A stretch of DNA of 64,000 nt from Haliotis cracherodii (taxonomy: Eukaryota): assembly GCF_022045235.1 (NCBI RefSeq), contig NW_027266275.1, forward strand, positions 28,086,001 through 28,150,000, written 5' to 3'. The notes beneath the pieces were generated by a model, which had not been told where the DNA came from, made no database searches, and saw only the letters and a list, made by a program, of their open reading frames with translations. A program made the translations under genes and the position numbers. Position 1 is the stretch's first letter, and the number at the start of each line of letters is the position of its first letter. This document shows, piece after piece, positions 37,801 through 48,969 of the stretch.

Positions 37801-40800
37801 AGCTGTAGCGTTAAAATCGCATTGTAGAACGGGGCCCAACACGTCAATGTTCAAGGACAAGGCAACGCAAGGAAAAGCACCATTGTTACATATGGCGTGT
37901 ATGTGAGACCCCTCCACACTGTTACCTGTCGCAGGGATTTACCTGGGTATAGCCATATTTGTTCCAGGGGACTCTCTGTAATCGGGAATCCAGAAGGGTC
38001 CCATGCTGGCAACCTGTGGAACGCTTAACTTGATTTCCAAGAATATTAATTGATTTCACTAGCTTGTTTTAGATGGTAATTTCAATGTCAGATTGTAGAA
38101 AAGCAACCACTGACACCCAAAACTTTGAGTGTAGTTTTTATAACAGAATAGAAGTGTCAGTTATATGAAATCGTCATTAAGAGGCCTCAATTCGATGTGC
38201 AGAGTTGCGTCTCTTGGGTACGCCAGAAACTATGCTTGTGGGTTCGAATCTCGGTGCTCCCCGAAAATGCTTCTTGATTTTTCAGCACCATAGCCATGGT
38301 ATAGCGTCTGAGACCTGCATCACTTCGAGCTTTCCTCCCACATTAAGCTGACACGCCGTAATATAATTGGAATATTGTTCAAACCGGCCTCATTCACTCA
38401 CTCCCTTCATACAGTCTACAAGTTTGATAACTGTAATATTTTTTTGGCATCCTTCAGGACAATTATTTGCCTCCGTTATAATTTGTACACGTACAGGACG
38501 CAATATTCGGCCTGAGGAGACCATCACTACAGGGATTCATGGTCATTCAAGGTTTCCCGTTGTTCGATTTTGATTTATCCATTCATATGTTCACCGCTAT
38601 TTTGCCCCTCACGTCCAATGCCATCTTTTTCGGTGGATAATCGAGACTGGTTATTCTCTGGTGTTGACGTTTTGTATTTATTGCTTTGCATGCCAGAGCT
38701 CCGTGCCACAAAGCGATCTTAGTGCTATGATTGTCATAGATCAAAAGTCGGTAATGTAAAGGGGAGTAACGGCTAAGAGTGAGTGAGTGAGTGAGTGAGT
38801 ATGGTTTTACGCCGCTTTTAGCAATATTCCAGCAATATCACGGCGGGGGACACCAGAAATGGGCTTCACACAATGTACCCATGTCGGGAATCGAACCCGG
38901 GTCTTCGGCGTGACGATCGAACGCTTTAACCACTAGGCTACCCGACCGCCCCTGTAACGGCTAAGATCTTCCATAAGGAGAGTTTAAGGGCTGTCGTAGA
39001 TTTAGGGTGATCTTATGACTCAGTGTTAGTGACGGCTTTGTGTAACGGCCTTAAAAGGTAAGACATGGTTTACGACGTGGTTCGGATGGTCGTAGCGCTA
39101 AGAGGCTTTCGTGAAACGGCACCCTGGTCCAGATTTGTATTTTTTTATTGGATGTGATATAACTGGAACATTGCTCTCCGATGTCTTTTAACTACACTCA
39201 CTCCCCGAAATGACGCGACTATGTTTGTCGTTAGAGGAGACTAACGGGATCGGGAGGTCAGACTCGCTGACTTGGTTGATGCATGTCATCCTATCCCAGT
39301 TGCGTGGATCCGATGCTCATGGTATCAATCACTGGATTGTCTGATCCAGACTCGATTAGTTACAGACCGCCGTCATATAACTGGAAAATTGCTGAGTGCG
39401 GCGTTAAACATCAAACGAACAAACCCCCAAATGACTGCTTGTGTAGGCCAACTCTGAGGGCGAGGTGTTCCCCCTGTGGGGTTCGTGTGAGGGGTTCCAG
39501 CTAATGACGTACTTAAGTACAGGACACAGACTGCTGCACTCATCAGAGGCCTACAACGTCAGTCTGCCTCTCATCCTGCAAACAGGTAGGCAGCCACTGT
39601 CACTGGAGGAATACAAAACTGCATGTCAATATAGTAGAGGAGAAACTTGTCCTTGACATACATTTGGCCCGTGTAGGGATTTCGGATAAGAAAAAGTCCC
39701 TAGTACCCAATGCACGTAAGAGGCGATTGATGAGAATCGGGTGGTTAAAATGTGTGATCTAACAGACCGTCTGCCATGATCTCATGGCATGGATCGTTGG
39801 TCGGGATATCAACCACTGGTGTACTTTGACGGGACGAGATGATTACATACCCATCCGTGAAGATCCCGGTTAGAATAGGGGTCTTCAGGAACCCATGCTT
39901 GTCGTAAGTGGCGACTAAATTAATGGGATCGGGTGGTCAGGCTCGCTGACTCGGTTGATGCATGTCATATTATCCCAATTGTGTGGATTGATGCTCATGA
40001 TATCAGTCACTGGATTGTCTGATCCAGACTCGATTACTGTAAATCTTGAACTTAACCCGAGCGTGAATTAAATGCGAAAAGGAGAGTGCATGGTGCACAA
40101 GTTAGATCTATTTATTGTCTTTGGTGGTAATTTATCCGCCCATGACTTGTATAGTCAGTTAACTCTTTTGCCTCAGGAAGATGCGTACAGTTGGTTCCGA
40201 GTTCCATCACACTGTCACTCGAGGCACTTGTACTTGGGAACTTGATGACTAACCAAACGTTTGGATAAACGATGTGTGTATTTTTTTGTTGTTGCAGGTT
40301 ACGAAACAAGCAGAATGCTCGGAGGACTGACATCCCAGCTGACCACAATTCTGACCAGCGAGAATGTTACGCCTAACTTCCATCACTACGGCGTGTCGGT
40401 TGAGGTACACCGGTCATCATTTTATATGTAAATTCGCCGAATTAATACATTAGGAGATTGAGAAGAGTCATCATGTTCAGGGTGTCAGGTATCCAGTTAT
40501 CCGCGACATTTCGGCTTATTCCGCCGCATACAGAATACATCGGGTTGCACTCATGACCAACTCGTCCCATTCCGGGACAAGCTTATCGTAGGTTACGGAA
40601 ACATGCGAGTGGTGACGAATGCATCGGGTTGCAATGTCGTTGTGACATTGCATGAATTTACTGGAAACGATGAAACCACGGTCCCGCCGCATGTAGTTCG
40701 TATAACACGACGGACGTTTTTGGAGACAGATTATGCCGAGGTTAAAACTAAACATGTCTTCTCTTTGATATGAAGACAAAAGCAAAACTTTTTGAACATT

Positions 40801-42833
40801 CGTATAAGGTTCACTACTGCCGCCACGAATAAAACTGGTTCCAAAATGGACTATCTGCCAGTGCTGTCTGAGATCCTATGCTGGACTGAGACCAATCACA
40901 TTAAAATGACATCTTTGTTTAGTGGTAGCAAGAACTAAGATCTGATATTAATAAAATTGGACGTGACGAGCCGGCTGGTGACACAGTTGTCTCCCTTGGA
41001 CTAGAGGCCCTGATTATCAGTACACACGTATTTGACGTTTTCGCGATACCAGTTTGCGTAGTTTATTTGTTCATTTGTTGTTTAACGCCGCACTCAGCAA
41101 TATTTCGACTATATGACGGCTGTCGTCAGTATATTAATGTGTTTTCATATATCGGAACAAAACAATTTTATATACAATGGAATCAGGACATTAATTGTAT
41201 AATACTATTTTCTGACGGAACAAGATTTCTCAAGCTATCAGTACTTCAGCTGATCAGGTTTACTGGCAATGACTGGTGTGTTTTCACTGGATCTCTAGTT
41301 CGTGAAGTGTAAACGTATCATATTCATAATGTATCGTGTACTGTATATAGCGACCTAACTTTCGAATTTTGTCACGACACAGAGTATCGTTGTAGTTTTT
41401 GATGCTCTGCCTTGTTAATTCGTGATCTCACAGTATGATTTTAGAGGCGCTTCTGTCAGTTTTGCTAATGTTTTATTATGAAATCGTTACCTGCATTGTT
41501 AACGAGATACATTTGTTTAAATACGCACCCACTCTATATCTTTGCAGACATACAACAAGTCGGCGTCTCTAAGACACTTCTTCCGTGTTTTATCCACAAA
41601 CAGGGACAACAAGGGGAAGTTGTTTGTCTCGACTGCTGAAGGTGAGTGAGTGAGTGAGTGAGTTGGGTTTTATGCCGCTTTTAACAGTATTCCTGTTATA
41701 TCACGGCGTGTCAGCTTAATGTGGGAGGAAAGCCCCAAGTGATGCAGGTCTCAGACGTTTACCACGTCGGTGAAACCCACGAGCACGGGTATGGTGCTGA
41801 CAAACCTAGAAACATAATCGAGGCGAACCGGGATTCGAACCCACAATCATAGGTTTCTGGCGTGCCCAAGGGACGCAACTCTGCACAGCGAATCGCGGCG
41901 CCTTAGACGACTGGGCCACCCGCGCCCCCGACTGTTGAAGGTAAAACTAATGAAAACAGTGAAGTTACAGGCCTACCGGGACTTCTTGTATTTAAGCCCC
42001 AGGACAGATTACGGAAAATGGCGCCTTCTCATCCAAAATACGTTATCCTAAATTAAGCCCAGGGCTCAATTTCGGAAGCGCTAACGCTTTCTTACCTAAA
42101 TAGGGGACGCCCTTGACTGAAAAATCAGAAACTAAAAAATGTACATGAATTTTGAACCGGAAATAACTGCATAAAATGAAAAACTTGAACTTGCATTTAC
42201 AGTAAACTACGGTTATAACGAACTCAAATGGACCACTAATTTTTGTTCGTTATAACCGTAGTTCGTTATAAGCATTTATACAACATCTATACAGCAAATG
42301 GCCGGGGCCAAAAATTAAGTTGGTAACATTCGTCAGTTCGTTATAAACGTATTTTACTGTACTGTTGAATGAATATCGGGATTTGCCTCGTGTAGTGCAT
42401 CACCACGTATCACCTTTCGAAGGGAGTTCAGTTATGAAGTTAAGGAAGATCACTTCCAAATAAACATCCGAATTGAAGTCCATGGACCTAAATACGGAAC
42501 TATTTCTCTGTTTAGGCCCATGAGCGTAATTAAGTGTGGAGTGAGTGAGTGAGTGAGTTTGGTTTTACGCCGCTTTAAGCAATATTCCAGCAATATCACG
42601 GCGGGGGACATCAGAAAAGGGCTTCACGCATTGTACCCATGTCGGGATTCGAACCCGGGTCTTCGGCGTTAACCACTAGGCTACCCGACCGCCCCAATTA
42701 AGTGTGGACATAAATACGGGAGGTCCGGGTACATTGACCATCACGGCTGGATTTCTGTAGCCGAACACTGAGATTGGGATATAGTCGAGATCCTTGCAGT
42801 GCGTGTGTGTGTGGTGGTGGTGGTGGTGGTGGT

Positions 42834-42872
<39 letters not shown>

Positions 42873-44594
42873 ATACTGTTGTGGTATTATACCGTAGCAC
42901 TTTGGTAGGAGTATGGTGGTAGGTCCGGCACAGCATACAGCATGACGTATTGCTCAACACTCCTACCTATGCTGCCCGCATAGTACCTCTGCCACAGGCT
43001 AGCGCCATGTGACGATCCGTCACATCTTACACAGTCCATTCAAGATATTGCATATGTTTTTCATCTGTTTCATATTTACAAGTCTACATATCTAGATAAA
43101 CATATGTCACAGAATAGTTAACTTTCATTGAGAAAATATCCTAAATCGTGAAAAACTATTTCAATTTGCGTAGTTATCCTATGTTTACATTGGTTGTACG
43201 GCTCCACGTGCTGCCGTCAAAGCCCAAAGGAGAGCTAGCGATTTGGTCACTTTGACTTTTGTATAAATATATATTGTCATGCAAATCACTGTCGCAGATG
43301 TTATTAGCATATCTATATAATAATGCAAAACAATATTCAAAGCGACCCCAAATACTTGCATTAGTCCGTTCTGTTCCGATTTCTGAAAAAGCGCGTTTAT
43401 TTACAAACATGTCCGGTCACGTGATATGCAAATTGGCCTGTGGCAGTGGCGTTATAACAAGGGCAAAAACCAGTCCCCGGGAATTGCTTTAGATCAGTGC
43501 CCCTTTAATAGTTTGTTTGGGACGTTTGACAGTGGACCATTGTGACACAGCCATCAACATACTTTATCGTGATATTACCTAACTAGAAGTGTCGGAATGA
43601 TAATCTGTCGAAGTACCACCGGAAGTAGCGAAGTGTGAAAAAGGTCAGTAGCCTGTATCTATACGTTTAGCTTCAGCAGATTGCGCCACAGGCTTTATAA
43701 TAATACCTGTATTATTCATGTCAGTCTAATGTTCCATTCCCAGCCTACAAGTACCCGTTCTATGGCACACAATGGCACCCGGAGAAGATCAATTTTGAAT
43801 GGAACCCCAGTCTTGCTATCAACCATGGAGCTAATGGGGTCCTTGTGTCACAGTACTTCGCCAACTTCTTTGTCAATGAGGGTAATAGTGCTCACAACCT
43901 ATTGTTCTTGTAAAATCCAGTTATAATGACAGTCATGGAATTATCGGTTTTATAATGGAAATGAGGGGAAAAGTGCTCACAACCTATTGTTCTTGTACAA
44001 TCCAATTATAATGACAGTCATGGAATTATCGGTTTTATAATGGAAATGAGGGGAAAAGTGCTCACAACCTATTGTTCTTGTACAATCCAATTATAATGAC
44101 AGTCATGGAATTATCGGTTTTATAATGGAAATGAGGGTAAAAGTGCTCACAAACTATTCTTGTAAAATCCAATTATAATGACAGTCAAGGAATTATCGGT
44201 TTTATAATGGAAATGAGGGGAAAAGTGCTCACAACCTATTCTTGTAAAATCCAATTATAATGACAGCCATGGAATTATCGGTTTTATATACATACACATT
44301 TACACAATGGGGTTGGAAATAAGGGTAAAAGTACGTACAACCTATTGTTCTGTATAATTAAATTATAATGACAGTTGTGGAATTATCGGTTTTATAAACA
44401 CACACCTTTACACAATGGGATGGAATGCTTTTTCTATTACAGCTAGAAGAAGTTGCCACCAGTTCCCGAGTGACAGAGAAGCCGGTCACTTGCTCATAGA
44501 GAAGTTCTTCATGAATTACTGGGATGACGGTTCTTTCAAACAGATCTACTACTTCAACTTCACTCAGCCTGTGGGCAGCCACTTGGTCGGCTAG
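31847..44594 (+). CDS. GGH: gamma-glutamyl hydrolase paralog D, ~322 aa, 9 exons
   Basis: Exons 31847-31943, 32506-32611, 33338-33388, 34290-34374, 39447-39585, 40298-40404, 41548-41641, 43744-43881, 44443-44594 (969 nt). Signal peptide, RPVIG, ALFPGG, WGSCEGFQ, NFHHYG, QWHPEK. Confidence 0.93.
33019..33290 (+). mobile_element. tRNA-derived SINE with (ACTC)n tail
   Basis: B box GGTTCGAATCC; TSD ctactatgttacag; same family as the copies at 41644-41928 and 52281-52561. Confidence 0.85.
33955..34266. repeat. ~26-bp minisatellite ending near the GGH-D exon-4 acceptor
   Basis: About 12 units of catgttgaaatcagatacctttacgg. Confidence 0.88.
35640..36312 (+). mobile_element. 5'-truncated LINE (I/Nimb-like): ORF2 C-terminal CCHC zinc finger and 3' UTR
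   Basis: ITKLQTGHTNLNNHL..CPHCKQPETTEHALIHC is the usual end of a non-LTR ORF2. The DNA is strongly A/C-skewed and ends in cgttaaa plus a (CAGT)-like tail. It is nested inside a TIR element (~34569-36721). Confidence 0.82.
36833..37715. mobile_element. non-autonomous DNA transposon with ~50-bp imperfect TIRs
   Basis: ccaagagataggg..tttacc..aggtcca..ggtctgaa matches the reverse complement at ~37662-37712; AT-rich interior. Confidence 0.6.
38778..38952 (-). mobile_element. short tRNA-derived SINE (~170 bp, (ACTC)n tail)
   Basis: A/B boxes TAGCCTAGTGG / GGTTCGATTCC; TSD gtaacggctaaga. Other copies at ~2452, 8970, 12340, 24328, 32080, 33520, 42540 (TSD aattaagtgtgga), 45738 and 46240. Confidence 0.88.
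41644..41928 (-). mobile_element. full-length tRNA-derived SINE inserted at the GGH-D exon-7 donor
   Basis: TSD cgactg(c/t)tgaaggt at 41630-41643 and 41929-41942; the antisense tail reads (GTGA)n. Confidence 0.9.
42199..42360. mobile_element. MITE with CAGTAAA termini and TA TSD (copies ~6940-7115, 48078-48181)
   Basis: tacagtaaactacggttataacgaac ... gttcgttataa..tttactgta. Confidence 0.72.
43875..44425. repeat. ~85-bp tandem repeat forming most of GGH-D intron 8, including the exon-8 end
   Basis: aatgaggg recurs at 43875, 43960, 44045, 44130 and 44212. Confidence 0.9.
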
Positions 44595-45435
44595 CTTCAC
44601 TCAAAGGACAGCCATTCTGGACCACTTGTCACTCACAGGAGAATAACCACTGGAGTGGCTAGACCATGCGGAGTAGAACCACTTGGTCGGGGGCTAGCCC
44701 ATCCAGTGGAGATTTACTTGGTAGGTTAGTCTATCCTGAGGAGAACCCCTTGATCGGCTAGCCCATCCAGTGGAGATTTACTTGGTAGGCTAGTCTATCC
44801 TGAGGACAAACACTTGGTCGGCTAGCCCACCTGGAGGAGAACCCCTTGGTCGGCTAGCCCATCCAGTGGAGATTTACTTGGTAGGCTAGTCTATCCTGAG
44901 GACAGACACATGGTCGGCTAGCCCACCTGGACGAGAATCACTTGGTCGGCTAGCCCATCCAGTGGAGATTAACTTGGTAGGCTAGTCTATCCTGAGCAGA
45001 ACCACTGTGTCGACTAGCCCCTCCGGATTTGCTTGGCAGGCTAGTCTATCCTGAGGACGAACACTTGGTCGGCTAGCCCACCTGGACGAGAATCACTTGG
45101 TCGGCTAGCCCATCCAGTGGAGATTTACTTGGTAGGCTCGTCTATCCTGAGGACAAACACGTGATCCGCTAGCCCACCTGGAGGAGAACCACTTGGTCGG
45201 CTAGCCCATCCAGAGCAGAACCACTGTGTCGACTAGCCCCTCCGGATTTGCTTGGCAGGCTTGTCTATCCTGAGGACGAACACTTGGTCGGCTAGCCCAC
45301 CTGGAGGACAACCCCTTAGTCGATTAGCACATTCGGGGGAAGATTACTTGGCCGGCTAGCCCATTCAGAGCAGAAACCCTTGGTCGACTAGCCTACCCAG
45401 AGCAGAACCAATTGGTCGACTTGCCAACTCCATGG
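44579..45435. repeat. ~32-bp minisatellite starting in the last codons of GGH-D
   Basis: Units of cacttggtcggctagccca...; the first unit contains the TAG stop at 44592-44594. Confidence 0.88.
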
Positions 45436-46645
45436 ACAACCGCTTATCTGTGTCTTAATCTCCTGTGCGTGGTCACGTTGTATTGGCCTTGAGGTGATGT
45501 TTCACCTTGTACATAACTATCTGACTCCGGCAACTGTACCAAGACAAGGAAGTAGGTTGAATACCTCATGATGTCCAATTATTATCTAGCATATTTTCCG
45601 TGTTGACAAGTTAATAAATAATAAATATAAAGAGTACGTGATTTTTGCCTCATGCCGCATCATCAACCCAGATGAGAATTAGGATGATGATCCTACGGTT
45701 GGCTGCACATCCATCAGTAGTTCCTCATAGCCCAAGAGGGGCGGTCGGGTAGCCTAGTGGTTAAAGCGTTGGCTCGTCACGCCGAAGACCCGGGTGGGTA
45801 CAATGTGTGACATGGGTACAATGTGTGAAGCCCATTTCTGGTGTCCCCCGCCGTGATATCGCTGGAATATTGCTAAATGCGGCGTAAAACCATACTCACT
45901 CACTCACTCCTAGTCCAACAGGAAAAAAAATGTCTGATTTTAACTACCGCATTATGTAATAAAACATTTTCCTCACATCTTTCAACTTGGGAGGACAAAG
46001 AGGTGTTCATTTTGTAGTTTTTCTTTTCTGCCCACACTTTAATCCACCACCTCCCTCTGACAGGGTAAACCATGCTGTCTGGTCGTCTGCAGATAACCGC
46101 AGCTCCATACATAGCCCAGAGACCCACATCTTCATATCCCATGCATAATACATTTCGGTTGAAGAGTCAAGGGAGTCTGGAACACAGATACTACACAAGG
46201 ATACTATTTACCACGGCCAGTTAGCCTTCGTTCGTGTGGAGGGGCGGTCTGGTTGAAGCGTTCGCTCGACACGCCTAAGACCCAGGTTTCGAATATCCAC
46301 GTGGGAAGATGTGTGGTATCCCTCGCCGTGATATTGCTGGCCTTTTGCTAGAAGCGGCGTAAAACTAAACTCATTCATCCACTCCTTTGAGTGGTCATTT
46401 CACAATCGTTTGTTCTTTCGTTTCTTTGTTGTTTAACGCTGCTTTTACAGCAATTTTACAGCTATACGACGGCGATATTTAAATAATCGAGTCTGGACCA
46501 GTAAATGTATTGATTGACATCATGAGCATCCCTCTACGAATTTTGGATACGATGACGTTCAGCAATCATGTCAATGAGTCTGACCATCCGATCCCGTTAG
46601 TGGCCACTCACAAGCATGGATCACTGAAGACCAATTCTAGACCAG

Positions 46646-46753
46646 GGCCCACTTGCACAAAGCGATCTTAGCGCTAAGGTAATCGTAACTCCCATACTTT
46701 AGCATAGGCTTACGATAGACTTAGCGCTAAGATCGCTTTGTGCAAGTGGGCCC
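46646..46753. mobile_element. ~110-bp fold-back MITE (copies ~12209, 37735, 47251)
   Basis: GGGCCCACTTGCACAAAGCGATCTTAGCGCTAAG ... CTTAGCGCTAAGATCGCTTTGTGCAAGTGGGCCC, a perfect inverted repeat. Confidence 0.85.
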
Positions 46754-48187
46754 GGATCGTCACGGGATTCACAAACGTCATGCGTGTAGGCTTGATGTAA
46801 CACATACTCGGAGCACTATACAATCTCTACCTTATCAACTATTGTTGTTTTTTGCGAGATTATGTGTTTAATCAAGATATTGTGCCGCTGATGGGTGCAT
46901 AAAGAAAATTCCTTTTGGCTCAAACCTAATATTACCATAACACCCTGTGCATGGTAGCATACTTTCACCTATATACATGCCTGACCTAGAGGTCGCCTAT
47001 AATAGCACCTGCGGCTACTGGCCCCGTTCCGATTAAAATTGGTCCACGGTAATCTGTTCGTGCAAGGTGACAAACAGGATCTGGCGGTCAGACTCGTGAC
47101 CTGGTTGTGTCATCGTACCCCGACCGGGGCTTGGGACGTTGCTCATGATATCAATCACTGGTTCGTCTGGCCCAAATTCGATCATCTGCTCTGCTGGGTG
47201 GGCGTTAAAAAAATAAGCCTGCAACTGCATGTCCACGGCTCCAAACCCCAGGGCCCCGTTCCACAAAGCGATCTTAGTGCTACGTTGATCGTAAGCCTAT
47301 GCTGAAGTATGGGAGTTGCGACCAACTTAGCACTAAGATCGCTTTGTGGAACGGGTTCCAGGACTACAATAGATATGTCCAGTCGTTGACGCCATCTACA
47401 GACGTCTCAAAAAGCGCATGTCTGTCAGCGCGTAAAAACCGTGTGTGGAAATAGTATGGACATATGATACACTGCTGGATAATTGCGGATGCCCATCATA
47501 TAGAAACAGTTTTCATGAACACTAATAACTATTTCCTTATTTGATTTCATAATCTTTGTTTCCTGAGATGAAGGTCAAGAAATTGCATGACCTACAGTTG
47601 TTTTTCACCACGTTCTCTAGTGCTGGTCACACGTTGTTGGATTTGTATGGAGGTGATTCTCCATTTGATAGAGTACAGAAGATTGGCTTCAGACAGTCCG
47701 CCTGCATTACTGCTTTCGGACCTTAAACCTGCTCAGTGTGTTGAAGCTTTCGTTTCCTGTCGTAGTTCGGACCTGTTTGTACTACAACTGCCGTATGTCT
47801 GTGTTAAGGTGGGGGAGTTAAAAAGTCTAAGAACACTTTGTGGGAGAGGCACGGGGCATTATACGTTTTTATATAAGATATCTACGCGAAAAATCGCAAA
47901 GAACAATAAAGAAAAAGCGTGCGGTTTATTTCACGATAAAACATTGTTCTGTCATGGCGTCATTTCTGGAGATTCGAATATGTGCTTGCAACTTGTCATA
48001 TATTGGACGACGTTATTTTGGAGAGGGAAGTGTCAAGTAAGTTGTTCCCCATAGATGTAGCTAGGCATCTATATTATTACAGTAACCTACGGTTATAAAG
48101 AACATGCTTATAACGAACTACGGTTATAACGAACTAAAATTAGTTGTCCCTTTGAGTTCGTTAAAACCGTAGTTTACTGTAATATAC

Positions 48188-48310
48188 CACAGAAACAGAT
48201 CTTGTCACTGTGATCTTCATTGGACCCGTCCTTTTACTTTTTGTACACTCGTATATTCGGGCAAAGCATATGCTTTCGTTTCTATGTCTCCAGGGATTTG
48301 GTCGTCGTAT
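48188..48310 (-). pseudogene. degenerate duplicate of part of the PH-adaptor last exon
   Basis: Encodes ETKAYALPEYTSVQKVKGRVQ* versus ETKPDALPEYATVQKVKESGQ at ~49213-49310. The DNA aligns; the fragment ends at a MITE (48078-48181). Confidence 0.75.
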
Positions 48311-48969
48311 CTTGGTAAGATACGCAGTGGCCGAACGATCGCATCCAAAAGTGGGAGAGATGTGACAATCGGTATTAGGAGCAAAGGTACATATGATCGA
48401 CGTGAGGATTGTGAGATACTACACGTAACCCACCTGTCGTGAAATGGACTTGTCCGACATTTCCGAGGTCGGATTCTACTCAGGGAGACATCATTATTAA
48501 AATTTGGGTAAATATTTTTAAAGCTTGTACATTTTATCAACATCCTTAAAGAGGCTGCACATAATGTTCATATCTCATATAAGAAATAAACGACTCGTGT
48601 TCGTTTTTTATCGTACAATAAACCACTGCAGGGAGAATAAACCACTCGGGGCTGCACTCCTCATGGTTTATTCTCCATGTTGTGCATCATTGTTGGATAA
48701 ACAACGACCAAAAGTCGTTTATTTCTTACATATATGTAATATAGTCGTCAGCATATAGTCTTTGGTATCGTTTATACAATAAATTGAAATATCACTGTTT
48801 TAACAATAAAACAATAAAACAATTAGGGTATACTTTTCACAGTGATATAGTGTAAGATATGAACACTTCTTTTGCGACTAAACTTCAATTTTATTTAAAA
48901 TGAAATGTACAACATGGCATTTGTCATTTATGTTTGTGTAGAACTAACGGGAATGTGTCAGAGAGTAGG

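Noticed and set aside
38880-38952. tRNA genes at this and similar sites
   Set aside because: These are SINE heads with bodies, microsatellite tails and TSDs, not stand-alone tRNAs.
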